Positions 37,811-52,494 are shown, counted from the stretch's first letter. The stretch: DNA of 64,000 nucleotides from Octopus sinensis (GCF_006345805.1 NC_043001.1:83266001-83330000), one strand, 5' to 3'. Notes: a model not told the origin generated them from the letters alone. Made by a program: numbers and translations.

Positions 37811-38360
37811 TGCCTTAATAAGAATGTTTCTCTTTCCAGCCACATTTTCTTTTTTTTTTCTCTTTCTTCCCCAGACATCCACTACATCAATCGGGTCCTG
37901 CAACAGGCATAGGCACGCCCCTTTTCTTTATTCACTAATTTATAATTTATATATAAAGTTATCATTGACAATATTCGATAATGTTTCTTAATAAAAAAAT
38001 AAAAACTCTTTTTTTCTTATTATTTAGATCAACTCGTTGCACTCATAAATAAATGAATATACGTACAAATACTAGAATTTAACCATTTTATATACTATTT
38101 CATATTATTGGTTTTATTCTCGTCTAGTTTCGATTGCTTCATTACACAGTAAATATATTACTGTATTATATATATATGTATACATAAACACACACGGTGT
38201 AATGTGAGGAATTTATTACAAAACAGTAAGTTCAGAATTGGGTGTGGAGGTGAGGTTTAAAAAAATGCTTTAATATACACTATCGAATTATTGGTACAGA
38301 AGCAGAGGTAGCGTCATGTTCGCGATAGCATTCGATTCATACGGTAGACATTCAGGCCGG

Positions 38361-38757
38361 GAGGCGAGCTGGCAGAATCGTTAACACGCCAGGCGAAATG
38401 CTCAGTGGTATTTCGTCTGCCGCTACGTTCTGAGTTCAAATTCCGCCGAGGTCGACTTTGCCTTTCATCCTTTCGGGGTCGATAAATTAAAGTACCAGTT
38501 ACGCACTGGGGTCGATGTAATCGACTTAATACCTACGTCTGTCCTTGTTTGTCCCCTCTATGTTTAGCCCCTTGTGGGTAATAAAGAAATAGGTATTTCG
38601 TCTGCCGCTACGTTCTGAGTTCAAATTCCTTTCATCCTTTCGGAGTCGATAAATTAAGTACCAGTTACGCACTGGGGTCGATGTAATCGACTTAATCCGT
38701 TTGTCTGTCCTTTTTTGTCCTCTCTGTGTGTAGCCCCTTGTGGGCAGTGAAGAAATA
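38361..38757 (+). mobile_element. SINE family A partial dimer with imperfect 15-bp TSD
   Basis: agacattcaggccgg and agatattccggccgg flank the dimer. Confidence 0.85.
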
Positions 38758-39400
38758 AGATATTCCGGCCGGCTATGAGACGTCTTGACACACCCGTATC
38801 AACACAACCGTTTTGGTGCTGCCCACATGGCGTCGCTTATTGTGTGTGTGGGAAGATGCTTGATTCCCAACCATATGGTTCCAGGTTCAGTCCTACTGTG
38901 TAGCACCTTAGGCAAGTATCTTCTGCTATAGCCGCAGATCGAGCAAAGCTTTGTGAATGGATTTGGTAGACGGAAACTGAATGAAGCCCGTAGTAGAGAT
39001 GTGTGTGACTTTGTCCCCCAACCCCATCGCTTGACAGCTGGTATGGGTTCGTTTACGTCTCCGTAAATTTCTGGGTTAGCAAAAAATAAATTGAAAGAAT
39101 AAATTTCAAGCTTTGAAATAAATACTGAGTCCATCAGATCGTCCAAACCCTTCAACTCGGAAACAAGAGAAAGGTAAAAGATAAACGCTAAAAGATTAAC
39201 AGTCCACATGTTTCCTATCCTTTCAGTTGGAAATGCTGCTGCTGTTTTCTTCTTCTTCTTCCAATCAGGGTTCACGCCATTAGCCACAAAGAATAATCTC
39301 TAATTCGAGCCTACTCTAAGCTACTAAGAATGCGTGTAGCAACTTGAAGATCCACCCACCACACGCGATAGACTGGCGGTTGTACGGACGCGAAAGCTAC

Positions 39401-39741
39401 GTTGTTATCCTCATTCCGTAAACGGTGGCTTTTAACGGGTGGAGAGCTGAACCATCCTGGGCTACAGAGGATTCGCAATCTAGACTGGGACCTGAAAGTT
39501 TACCACAGCATAGTGGGTTACACCATGGTTCCTCTGCTTTGTGGCAGAAGTAGGAAGAAAGAGTTAGAGAAAGTTGTGGTGAAAGAGACCAGCGGGGTTC
39601 ACCCCCACCCCGCCGGAGCCTCGTGAAGTTTAGGTGTTTTTGCTCAATAAACAATACCCTCGCAATACCCGGTCTGGGAATTGAAACTGCGTTCTTACGA
39701 CCGCGAGTCCGCTGCCCTAACCACTGGGCCATTGCGCTTCC
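39401..39741 (-). mobile_element. SINE family C, tail variant 3
   Basis: Same head as 7974 (ggaagcgcaatggcccagtggttagggcagcggactcgcgg) with a different 3' half. Confidence 0.85.
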
Positions 39742-40577
39742 ACTGTTGTTGCTGTTGTTGTAAGTCAATTATAATCCTGTAGGTAATATGATCAAAAGCC
39801 GGTGCAAGGCTGTGACTAAAACTAAGTTTAGTTGTTATTTCTAGCAGACCCTGCGCCCACGTAGACATTCTTATGTCGACTAATAAATCTGCTAATATAT
39901 CTATATTATACAGAATAACTTCAATATAGAATATCTAATATACAATATAGACGATATCAAATATATCTCGTAATCTGGTTATTATCAACCCGGCAGTCAT
40001 CTCTATGATCAAAGGTGTTCCTCTCATGATTATTTCATCTTTTATTCTCAGACATGCTATTACCTCTATCGCCAGATAATTCAATGTCACCTTCGTTTAT
40101 TTAACATAGTAATGTGTCACATTTTTTCTAGCAAGTCGAGTGACCACTTACAAAACCTCCTTCATTAACTCGTTGCTAACGTTGATACCGTTTTTAATGG
40201 CTGCTGACGCCTTTTATTTTTCTTACTGCTTCAGTTTTTATTCTTTCATCTTGTTTCCGTCATTAGATTTCAGACATGCTGGGGCACCGCATTGGAATTT
40301 TTTTTTTCCTTTTAAGCCTGGTACTTTTTCTGTCGATCACTTTTGCCGAGCCACTAAGTTAGAGGGACGTAAACGCACCAACACGGTTGTCAATCGGTGG
40401 TGAGGGACAAACTCAGATACACACACACACACACACACACACACTTGTATGTGTGTTTGTATATATATAAACGTAAAAGACTTGTTTTATTTCTATTCCT
40501 GAGCGGCATACTAATGCAATTGTTTGTTTGTACTCCACCTGCCTTCGTCTTTTGTTTATTTTCGTAAACCTTCCCGT

Positions 40578-40621
<44 letters not shown>

Positions 40622-40791
40622 AACACACATACACGACGGGTTTCTTTCAGTTTCCGTCTACCAAATCTACTCATAAAGCTTTGGTTGGCCTGAATCAAGC
40701 AGAAGACATTTGCCATGGTGTCACGCAGTGCGACTGAACCCGGAACCATATGGTTGAGAAGCAAGTTTCTTGCCACACAGTCACTACTACG

Positions 40792-40843
<52 letters not shown>

Positions 40844-41984
40844 GTAATGAGATAAAAAAAACCAAGGGTGTGTAGATTTTAGAACATGTTTATATATACA
40901 TATATATATATAGTGTGTGTGTATGTGTGAGAGACAGAGATAGTCAAAGTATGTATCTTAATGCCTGTGTGTGATCCTACCATCGACTTGACAACTGGTG
41001 TTGGTATGTTTCGACCTCGTAATATAGCGGCTCAGTAAAAAGGACCGATAGAATCAGTAACAGGCTTTAAAAATTAAGTACTGATGTTAATTCGTTCAAA
41101 TAAAATTCCCCTGGCTGAAACGAGTAAAATAGAAAAGCATAAGAAATATATATATATATATTTCTTCTGTTGCTATAAGAGTAGCTAAAGTTGTTGCTAA
41201 CCCTAGCATAACAACGTGTTGATGGTGTTGGTCTTAGCGTCGCTAACGTCTCGAAAAAAAAATCATTACTAACCGACGATAGCAATCATAGTTCAAAATT
41301 AGCAATATGTATACATATTTAAAGTGTGTATTTATTTGGAAGCCTTCTAGAAAGACGATGCCGTTTGTTGCTAACCTCCTATGTCTTTTGTTGTTGTTGT
41401 TCCGTTTCGTGTTGCTATCGATATAGCTGTCATTGTAACCCAATGTTTATTTTGACTGTTGCGTTACTGTTGCTAACACTGTAGCGTTCCTCCATCCCCA
41501 CCACCTTCACCTCTCCTCCTCCTCCTCTCACGCCCCCAACTCTCCGTCTCCCCTTCCCCACCGCCCGCTTCTCTAAACACAGACAGTTTCAGATCAATTC
41601 ATTTTACAATCGAATTCTAATTTCTAATTCAGACAGTTTGTTATTTTTTACTTTTGTTTTTTTTTTATATATTGATTGTTGTTGTTGTTAGTGGGGGTGA
41701 TGGTGATGGCAGGGGTGGTATTAGTGGCGGGGGTGATGATGGTGGAGGTGATGATAATGATACCACGGTTGTTATTGTCGTAGGTACTCCCGTTGTTGCT
41801 GTTCACGGTGCGCCTGTTTACAGGGGGTGGTGCATGTGTTTGTGGGAGTGGGGTGATTGTGATGGGGGTGGGGTGGGTGTGTGGTGGGGGTAATGGGGTG
41901 TCCGAAGTAATGGTTGTAGTGATTTTGTTGTTATTTGAATAATTCAGTTATCAATCACTATTGATTGATCTTACAGATGACTGC

Positions 41985-42520
41985 CACCAACACTACCGCT
42001 ACCACCACCACAGTCACCACCGCCACCACTAATACCACTATAGTCACCACCGCCACCACCAATACTACTACCTCTACCAATACCACTACCACCACCACAA
42101 ATACAACTACCAATACCACTACCACCACCACCAACACAGCAATCACTACTTCTATAATACCTCCTGCCATCACTACAACTACCACAACAACTACTAGTAC
42201 CCTTACAACAATTATTACCACCACACCACCACCAACATCACCACCACCACCAACAGCAACAACACGATTACCATCATCACCACTGCAACTACCGCCATCA
42301 CCACAGCTTCTACCAACACCACCACTACAATCACTTCTACTATAAACACTACCACCAATACCACCACTCCAACAATTATCACCACTGTCACCACCTCCCC
42401 CGCCACTTCTTCAATACCACCGCCACAATTGTTACCACTGCTACTAGCAACAATACCACAAGCACGACCACCACTACTACTATTATCATCATCACTCCAC
42501 CTCATCACCATCTTCCTCCT
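41985..42520. repeat. (ACC/ACT/ACA)n degenerate trinucleotide tract
   Basis: Directly visible. Confidence 0.9.
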
Positions 42521-42560
42521 CCCGTCTTTGTAGCATTATAGTCAACCTCACTCGAAAAAA

Positions 42561-43835
42561 TTAATGTACTGGGCCCTATTGCGTTTGTTGAATGACAGTA
42601 ATCTAAAGCTTACATAAATCTGAATTGGGTTTCAAGACCCGTGAGGCCCCCGGGCAAATCAATACGCTGGGTTCTATAGTATTTAACAGCAAATCAAAAT
42701 ATGAATAGATCAAAATTGGACTCCTAGCCCCCTGAGGCTCTCGAGCAAATAAATCAAGGCACAGAACTCCATAGTATTTATTTACTGACGGCAAGCTAAC
42801 ACATACATAGATAATTCAGCCCCTTGACAATTGAGGTCTCCAAGCATGTCAGTGCACTGGACCCAATAGGCACAGGAGTGGCTGTGTGGTAAGTAGCTTG
42901 CTTACCAACCACATGGTTCCGGGTTCAGTCCCATTGCGTGGCACCTTGGGCAAGTGTCTTCTGCTATAGCCTCGGGCCGACCAATGCCTTGTGAGTGGAT
43001 TTGGTAGACGGAAACTGAAAGAAGTCTGTCGTATATATGTATATATGTGTGTCTGTATGTTTGTGTGTTTGTCCCCCTAGCATTGCTTGACAACCGATGC
43101 TGGTGTGTTTACGTCCCCGTCACTTAGCGGTTCGGCAAAAGAGACCGATAGAATAAGTACTGGGCTTACAAAGAATAAGTCCCGGGGTCGATTTGCTCGA
43201 CTAAAGGCGGTGCTCCAGCATGGCCACAGTCACATGATTGAAACAAGTAAAAGAGTAATACATAGATCAGAATTGGTTTTCTAAAGCCGTGAAGCCCCTG
43301 TGAAAATCAATGCACTAAGGCCTATAGTATTTATTTAGTAACAGCAAGCCAGAGCATACATAGATCAGAATTGAGCCCCTAGGCCCGTGCGATAAATCAA
43401 TACACTGGACCCTGTTGATTCTGTCTATTGATGGTAAGCCACAGCATATGGTCAAAATTGAGATCCAATGTACTGGGCCCTATAATATTTGACAGCAAGC
43501 CAAAACATTCATAGATCAAAATTGGGCCCCTAGACCCTTGAGGTTCCTGGACAAATGAAAGTACTGGGGCTCTATAATATTTATTTGACAGCAAACTAAA
43601 ACATACATGGATCAAAAATCAGGATCCTAGACCCGAGAAACGCCGGGTAAATTAATGCACTGGTCTATGTAGTATGTATTTACTGGCGGTAAGCCAAAGC
43701 AGACAAGGAACAAAAATGGGCCCACATACACTTGAGGACCCTAGGCCCTATAATATTTACTGACAAGAAACAAAAACTTACATAGATCAGAACTGGGTTC
43801 GTAAACTCTTGAAACCCCCGGGGCCTATATTTACT
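42561..43835 (+). repeat. Diverged ~95-bp satellite (~10 units), interrupted by a SINE
   Basis: Unit ~aatgcactgggccctatagtattt..gacagcaagccaaaacatacatagatcaaaattgggcccctagacccttgagg..gggcaaatc; a further unit at ~46078-46175. Confidence 0.85.
42870..43256 (+). mobile_element. SINE family B full copy
   Basis: ggcacaggagtggctgtgtggtaagtagc...gaaacaagtaaaagag. Confidence 0.9.
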
Positions 43836-43959
43836 GAATTAGGCTCCTTGATCTGTGAAGCTCCCGAGTAACTTCACTGCCTGATCTTCTTCTTTCCCCA
43901 ACAACAGCAACACCATTACAGTCCCCAGCATCAGAACAACAACAACCACCACCACCATT

Positions 43960-44150
43960 ATCACTTATTGCATAATAATCTTCATCATCATCATCATAAT
44001 CTTCTTTGTCCTCATCATGTTCGTCTTCATTAACTTCGTTGTCATCTCCATTATCGTCGTCTTCATCATCCTTGTCATTTACATCATCTTTGTCATCTCC
44101 ATCATCGTCGTCTTCATCATCTTCATACGTCATCGTCATCATCATCAGAA
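43960..44150. repeat. (TCA/TCG)n degenerate trinucleotide tract
   Basis: Directly visible. Confidence 0.85.
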
Positions 44151-44566
44151 TTTTTATCATTTATACTTTTAAGAGTTCCTAATTCCAACATCAACCAGAA
44201 TTCTTTTATCTTTTGTCTTTTAATCAGACAGCCCCGCCTTTCTCTCACCGTTCTCTTCCTTCTACTTTTTTTCTTTTGTATCTGACGTTAAACTGAAAGG
44301 CATTAACAATCATTATAGATCTCGTACAAATATATATGTACATATAGTGTGTGTGTGTATGTGTGTGTGTGTGTCTGTGTGTGGTGTTCATTTCTTTCAT
44401 TCAAAGCTGAGGCTTCGCTCAGTAACTGCGTAACTGCTTCCAAATATAGCCTCCTATCATGGAGTGAAGATTCAACTACGAACAAAACAATAAGCTCTAC
44501 TGCATGTAATATATGAATGTGTGTGAGTGCAGGTGCGTACGGATGATGGTTTGTATGTGTGTGTGT

Positions 44567-45605
44567 GAAGTCATTAAGAATGAAATGTCCGATTTTCTTA
44601 ATTACCAAATTTGACAGTCGTTTTATTCTGACAATGTTTTTGTTTTGCAACATTGAAGAGTTACATCATCACTTTTCAAAATGCAGTTCATGATGTCTGA
44701 TTATATTATGAGTTTTCTCTTATAAATCAAGTTTTGTGAACCCATGGATAGATATTAAAAAAAACCCTGTTTTTTATGAAGTTCTATCGCGGAGCCAATG
44801 CATTCCAGACAGCTCAAAATATCAATGAGGTGTTTGGAGAAGATGTGGCGAATGAGCGCACCATACATCGATGGGTTGATAAGTTCCGGTCTGGTGACTT
44901 AACTCTTGAAAATCAGCCCCACGGTAGACCGAAACCGAGGTGGATAATGATGAGCTGGAAACTGTAGTAGAAGCGAATACATTTCAAATTACGCGTGAGT
45001 TAGCAGTAAGGTTTGATGTTTCAATTCCAACTGTACTGGGACATCTGAAACAAATTGGCATGGTAAAGAAGCTAAAGAAGTGAGTACCACACGAACTGAA
45101 CGAGTTGATACGTCGTCTTGAAACTTGCTGTTCTTTGCTGTCACGGCATAAAAGTGAACCATTTTTGCATCGTATTGCTAAGTGTGATGAAAAATGGATT
45201 CTTTTCAACAATAGCAATCTTTCTGCTCCGTGGCTGGATAGAGACGAAGTGCCAAAACACAATCTAAAAAAAATATTTACCAAAAAAATCTAATGGTATC
45301 TGTTTGGTGGTCTAGCACTGGTGTCATCCACTACAGCTTTATGAGACCTGGTAAGTCAATTAAACTGAATGAATACATCAATCGGTTGGATGAAATGTTG
45401 AGTGAACTTGCAATTAAACAACCGAGATTGGTCAATAGAGACAGGCCAATTCTCTTGCAAGACAAGGCTCGACAACATGTTGTATAAAGAACGCTACTCA
45501 AGTTACAGGAACTGAACTTGGAAGTATTCTGTTATCCACCATATTCATCTGGCCTGGCATCAACTGACTATCACATTTTCCGAACATTAAACAACCATTT
45601 GCAAC
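44567..45605 (+). mobile_element. Decayed mariner (DD34D) transposon, 3'-truncated
   Basis: HTH region NINEVFGEDVANERTIHRW...GRP; *VPHEL (45081-45098), CDEKW (45183-45197), QDKARQH (D at 45461), YPPYSSGLASTDY (D at 45566), with 34 residues between the last two Asp; TIR-like gtcattaagaatgaaatgtccgatttt at ~44570. Confidence 0.92.
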
Positions 45606-47627
45606 TGTTTGCTTACTCCTAGAAAGAATGAAAAATGGATAATATTTCCTTCAAATTTTGCTTTTGTTACATTTATTCAAACCCCAAAGAATCCCTCTCA
45701 ACTCATGGCTATGATGCTTCCCCCATTACTCCGGCTCATGATCAGCGATGCTTATATTGTCAGTCACTAAGAGGCATGCTCAAGTGGTTAAGGTCAAGCA
45801 ACTGACGAGCAAATCTGTGGTATTGAGCAGAATATATACTGTAGCAATATGTCTGCTTCAGCAACTCGACACTGAATTTGTCTGAAATGTAAAGGAAAAT
45901 TAATCAGTTTCAAAACACCGATGTCCAGATCACAAAAGCAAATTTTGAAGAGAATAGTAGTCCTGTCCTTTGATTTCTAGGAAGAAGCAAATAGGAAGTA
46001 ACACTTATTGACCAAAGGCCAAAAAAGGTAACTTGAAATCGGAGTCACTTAACTGCATTATAAGCCCCAGATAAAATAAATGCACTGGATCTTATAGCAT
46101 TTCTATATTGACAGCACGCCGCAATATGCATGGATCGAAATTGGGCCCCTCAAACCCTTGAGGACCTTGGGCAATTGTCCGGTTTGCCCATAACCTAAGA
46201 CGGCCATTGAAGTAACTTGATATCTTCTCACCGAGATCATTCTCGCTCATAGCCAATTATATTTTTACTGGTGTCGCTTTATATTCTATGGGAGAGCATA
46301 AGCATCACAAAATCCATCCTACTCACCCATCTCATGCACACATCATTTGTTATTAGATATTTCTAATTATTGTAGAGTCGGTGGAGTGACATAAAAGATA
46401 AAGTGTCAGTCACAAGTATCGTTGCCAGTGATACTACTATCGCCACTACAACCACCATAGGCTGTAGTACCAGTAATAAACGACACTACTTGGTGTCATA
46501 CTACTATACATACACATCACCACCAGTAACAACATCAATACCATTACTTAATATTACAATAACCTAGACTACTATTCCACTCCGCTACCACCATTAGACA
46601 TACCATTATCATCATCGGCAGCGGTTGCTGTAGTAGTACTAGTGATGGTGATTGGGATAGTAGTAATGGTTGTTGTGATAGTAGTAGTAGTGGTGGTGGT
46701 GGTAAAATGCCTTGGTACGGTTGATGAAACAACTTTAACATTTCAAGTACTAAGCTCACTGCCAGATATGAATACCAGTCATATATTAGTTGTTGATTAA
46801 CAGTAGACTTCTAACCAATTCTAGAAATCCTATAATTATTTTTAAGTTTATACACTATCTTATTCGTTTCACAGTTTAGAAAGCAAAGAAAATGCTTATT
46901 TAGACTTACGAGAGACATTTTAGAGAGATCTTCATCTGACTTGCTTAGACTTGACAGTCTCTATTAAGTTTGAAGTATTCACATATACTCCAGCTAGTCA
47001 ACGTGTTAATTAGGTCATTACGATCTGTCAACGAAATTTAGTCAATTATATAAATATCTAAGAAGAATTGGCGCCCGTTTTGTGATTCTGTTTCGAAATA
47101 ATTTCATTCTTTCATCATAAGATCATATCGAGATCCTATGAAAACAGATAGTTTTCTGTTTTTCCTTTGTTCTTTTTTTTTTGTTCTTTTTATTTTCCTG
47201 ATATCTGGAGTTAGGTGTACTACAAAGATCTGTTTGAGGCCCGTGGTATTTTTTTTTACATGGATTGATGTTAGGTACATAATATATGGGTGAAGTTTAC
47301 AGGGAACGTTAATTAAATGATGTTCATCAATGTTTCAGTCACACGTTACGAGTTTTATTATTTATCTATTTGTTAGTTTGTTTGTTAATTTATTTCTTTG
47401 TTTATTTCTTGAGATCAACAAAAAGATTGCTACAACAGTCATGTTTTTAAATGACTAAAACAACTTGAATACATCACAGAATTAATCTCATCTTCTGCAT
47501 GTTTCTCTACAACACTACCCACTCACCTGCCCAATACACACACACATACACACACACACACACACATGCACAGAGTATATATTATAATACACATGCATAT
47601 AAGTGCAGATATACATGTGTGTGTAGA

Positions 47628-47825
47628 AGGCGGTGAGCTGGCAGAATCGTTAGCACGCCGGACAAAATGCTTACCAGTATTTCGTCCGTCGCTACGTTCT
47701 GAGTTCAAATTCCGTTGCGGTTGACTTTGCTTTTTATCCTTTCGAGATCGATAAAATAAGCAGCAGTCAAGTACTGGGCGGATGTAATCGTCTAGAATTC
47801 TCCCACAAAATTTCAGGCATTCTGT
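47628..47825 (+). mobile_element. SINE family A
   Basis: Head and core recognisable. Confidence 0.8.
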
Positions 47826-48394
47826 TTAAGGGTGAGTATATACGCCCGAAAATCCGGGAAACCGGCCCTATGAGTCTATATAACTCAAGAAAGAGCCTTA
47901 TCCGTCTTTTTATTTTATCATTGTCAATTGCATCCTTTTTTCGTTAAAATAATAAGGTGTATTATGAGGGAGATTTGGCTTCTGTCTATGTAGTTCGACT
48001 CCTAGGATAGCTTGTCTTCACTGCTGTTGTCAATTGAGTTATTGGTGACGAACTTCAGGTGTACTCAACTACCCAATTCTCTTAATAGACTTGCGTCCCT
48101 AATGGGATCCAAATTAGTTGAGATAGATCTTTAAGGGCAGTAGATCCCCCCCCCCCAAGGCCACGTACAATACATTTAAACTTTCTGGGGGTTTCGGAAT
48201 TAATTTGGGTAACACTTTCTCTTTGAAACATCTTTTCTTTCATGTGTGGACTTCATAAATTGTTTTCGAAACAGCAACATTAGTAGTAATGTATCACTTT
48301 GACCTAGTGGAGCCTTGTAGTATTAACACTGCACTTCAAGAAAACACTTGTCAAAAACTATTACTGCCACCCACACACGCTGCTTCTCTCAGCC

Positions 48395-48429
<35 letters not shown>

Positions 48430-48621
48430 AATGTAGCACTCGCAATCTCTCCGTTTTATCTCTCTCCCTCCTCCCTCTCTCCTTCTTTGTTTCAATTTTT
48501 ATCTCTCTCTCTATCTCTCTCTGTCTAGTACTCGCAATTTAACCATTTCTTTCTCTCTCCCTCTCTTTCTTTTTGTCTGAATCCGTTTCCTCTCTCTTTC
48601 TCTCTGTCTCACAATCTTTCC

Positions 48622-48663
<42 letters not shown>

Positions 48664-48938
48664 ATCTCACTCACTCTTTGCATCTCTCTCTCTCTTGTTT
48701 TTTCATTCCGCGTCTCTTTCGTTCGGCTTCTATCTACTACCCTCCATCTCCTTCTCTCCCTTTCCCTCCTCCTCCTCCTCTCTCCCCCACTCGCTCTATT
48801 GTATTCTCTATCTTTTTTCTCTGTGTCCCCTCTTTCTCTCTCGCGCACTCACCATATATTCTTTCTGTCTGGGTCTGTCTGTCTCTATCTTTCTCTCTTT
48901 ATCATTTTTCTTTCTCTCTTTGTCTCTCTCTCTCTCCT

Positions 48939-48979
<41 letters not shown>

Positions 48980-48980
48980 A
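48395..48980. repeat. CT-rich low-complexity tract plus (TA)n
   Basis: Directly visible. Confidence 0.9.
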
Positions 48981-49184
48981 CATGCTCTCTTTCGTACCAG
49001 CTAGATAATAAGCATTTGCAGATTCCTATCTCATTATATATATCACCTGCGCATTCCTACAATAATTGCATCCAGAGTGGTTTGTCGTTAATGGACGAGC
49101 TAAACAACTGCTTGATTGATATGCTAGAAATAGTAACCTAGATCCCTCAAAATACACCCTAACGTCTTACGAGAATGTCTTATC

Positions 49185-49773
49185 TTTTTTATCTTTTACA
49201 TGTGTCAGTCATTAGACTGCGGGGCCATGCTGGGGCATCGCATGAAGAACTTTAGTCGAGTGAATCGACTCCAGTATTTTTTTAAAAGCCTGGTACTTAT
49301 TCTATTGGTCTGTTTTTCCGAACCGCTAAGTTACGGGGACACAAACACACCAGCACCGGTTGTCAGAGAGTGGCGGTGGGGGGACAAACACACACACACA
49401 TATGTACATAGAAGACGGGTTTCATTCAGTTTCCGTTCACCAAACCCACTCACATGGCTTTGGCCGGCCCGAGACTTTAGTAGTAGAAACTTGCCCAAGG
49501 TGTCACGCAGTGAGACTGAACTTGAAACCATGTGGTTGGGAAGCAAATTTCTTACCACGCACCAATCAATCTAGTCGCCTATATACAAAAGAGCGAAAAA
49601 AAAAACCTGTTGGTCAAGAAGCTCGTTTTGCGACTACGTGGTTTCAGGTTCAGTCCCAGCACGCAGCACATTGGGCATGTGCCTTCTATTATAGCCCCGG
49701 GTCAGCCAAGGCCTTGTGAGTGAATTTGTTAGGCGGAAACTGGAAGTGCATCGTATATAGAGATGCAGTACGG

Positions 49774-49832
<59 letters not shown>

Positions 49833-50050
49833 GTGTGTGTGTGTGTTCGTTTGTATGTTGCTACTCCACTAATTGACAACCAGTGTTGATTTGTTTACGT
49901 ACCTATAACTTAGCGGTTCGCCAAAAGAGAACCGATAGTACCAAGATTCAAAACATTAATGATTACTCGGAGCGGTTTGTTGAACTAAACCCTTCGAGGC
50001 GTTGCCCCAGCATTGCCGCAGTTCAATGGCTGAAACAAGTAAAAGATTAA
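49185..50050. mobile_element. Head-to-head pair of SINE family B copies (minus ~49185-49560, plus ~49610-50050)
   Basis: Both orientations recognisable, about 50 bp apart. Confidence 0.8.
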
Positions 50051-50356
50051 AAGTTGATCACAGCTGGCAACCCTTTCATCATAAGTCTCCACCATCAGAC
50101 CTGGCCTAGGGCTAAACAACATCAACAACAAAAGCCAGACTGGTTATGTCTAATTAATTCTATACAGGAAATTATTTCCAACATAACACAACAAAAAAAA
50201 CTGGGAAGTGGTGGTCACAACCTTTGGTGAGAACATACGAATCAAAATGGCTTTATTATTATTATTATTACTATTATTATTATTATTATTATTGTTGTTG
50301 TTGTTATTCACTCCCCCGAATTTGATGGCCTTGTGCCAAAATTTGAAACCATTATT

Positions 50357-50395
<39 letters not shown>

Positions 50396-50537
50396 GTGAC
50401 ATCAATAAATTTTGCCATTAATCAATGACATGTCCAGAATGTGCACTCTATATCCATAATCAATATGTGAAGTTATAAAAATGTGAAGGGTTGTGATGTA
50501 AATATTTCACGTCTGATATTTCGTCAATACCGTACGA

Positions 50538-50574
<37 letters not shown>

Positions 50575-50644
50575 CTATACACCTATATGCGCGCGCGCAT
50601 GCATACATACATGGCTGTGTGATTAACAAATTCACATCTCAACA

Positions 50645-50686
<42 letters not shown>

Positions 50687-51324
50687 TGTGTATACATGTG
50701 TGTGTATACATATACATGTGTGTGTATGCATATACATGTGTGTGTGTGTATACATGTGTGTATGCATATACATGTATGTGTATATGTATGTGTATGTATA
50801 TAGATATATGTCAGTATATTTTTTCCCGTGTGCATGTATAAATGTATGTCTATGTATTTATGCACGTGTGTATATACGTGTGTCTGTATGTATTTATGCA
50901 CGTGTGTGTATATACGTGTGTCTGTATGTATTTATGCACGTGTGTATGTATATGCATATGTCTATGTATTTATGCACGTGTGTATGTATATACGTTGTAT
51001 GTCTGTATGTATCCATGCGAGTGTGTGTATATGTGTGTGTGTGAGTTTGTATATATTTATATATGTAAGAATGTGTGTGTCTGAGTTTCTCAACCCCACC
51101 ACCGCTAGACACTCGATGTTCTGTTTACATCTCCGTGATTTAAGAGTTCGGCTCAAGAGATCTATAGACTATATACCATACTTTAGAAATATATCTCTAC
51201 CTGGGTCGATTCGTTCCACTAAAATTCTTCAAGGCGGTACCCCAGTATGGCCGTAGTCTAATGACTGAAGCAAGTTCAAAGATAAGTGAGAAAAGAAAGA
51301 AATATATATATATATATATATATA

Positions 51325-51862
51325 TGGCTGTGTGGTAAGAAGCTTGCTTCCCAACGACATGGTTCCGGGTTCAATCCCACTGTGTGGCACCTTGAGCAAG
51401 AGTCTTCTACTGTAGCTTCGGGCCGATCAAAACCTTGTGAGTGGATTTGGTAGGCGGAAACTGAAAGAAGCCCGTCGTATATATGTATATATATATATAA
51501 GGTTTAATTTCAGGTCTACACATGTAAGTATGGCAGTGTGGTAAGAACCGCATGGTTCCAGGTTTAGTCCTACTGCGTGGCATCTTGGGCGAGTGTCTTC
51601 TACTATAGCCTCAGGCCGATCAGAGCCTTGTGAGTGAATTTGGTAGAAAGAAACGGAAAGAAGCACGTCGTATATATGTATATCTATTTGTTTGTGTGTC
51701 TTTGTGTTTCCGTTCCCGTAACTTAGCGGTTCGACAAAAGAGATATTATGTATTAGGCTTACAAAGAATAAGTCCCGGGGTCGATTTGTTCTACTAGAAC
51801 CCTATAAGGCGGTGCTCCACCATGACCGCAGTCAAATGATTGAAACATGTCAAAGAATAAAA
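51325..51862 (+). mobile_element. Two SINE family B copies in tandem
   Basis: Two heads (~51325, ~51530) and one tail. Confidence 0.8.
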
Positions 51863-52494
51863 GCCTAGAACAAGAGAATGGATGAAAAACAAAACAGGGT
51901 TTTTGAAAGAACCGCAAAACTAGTTTTTAAGCATGAAAATGGCCATGGGATCTACACAAATTATAACGGTAATCTAAGGAGTCCTGTGGGCAAGAAAAAT
52001 GGCTGAGAACCCCTGCTTTAGGTAAACATTTGACTGCTATATCTAGCAATTCAAATTGCCTTGTACAGACTCCGTTACTGGCTGAGATAATTGTGGTGAT
52101 CACTGGGCTGACAGGTGAAGTTAACTCCGCCAGGTTACGGAGGCATTTACTGCTTCTCTGTACTTAGTAACTCTTTGATTAGGTGAGTTCCATACAAATC
52201 AGAACTTGAAGGGTGGACGCATGGGGTGGCGAGTGGGGTGGCTGTAGAGATAAAATAGGTTTCATCCTACTTGTTTTTTTAACTACTGTCTCGCTTCAAG
52301 CCATTCTTGCCCCCTACCCGCCTGAGTCTGTTTCCCTCTCTCTTTCCCTCTCTCCCCTCTCTCTTACATAGGCACATTCACGATGTAAGGTGGGAAGCTA
52401 CGATTGTCTGTACATCATGTAACTACACTCTTGGTGCTACTGGGAGGGACTGAAGACGGAAAAGTATTTCTAGAATTCAATTGTGTACATACTC

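Noticed and set aside
41911-41932. tagtgattttgttgtt match to the miR-7 3' part
   Set aside because: The seed (GGAAGAC) is absent and the context is low-complexity GT-rich DNA.
41958-42511. Thr-rich mucin-like and Val-rich ORFs
   Set aside because: Translations of a degenerate trinucleotide tract, open on both strands, with no credible gene structure.
43831-44160. Asp/Glu-rich ORF
   Set aside because: (TCA)n tract translation.
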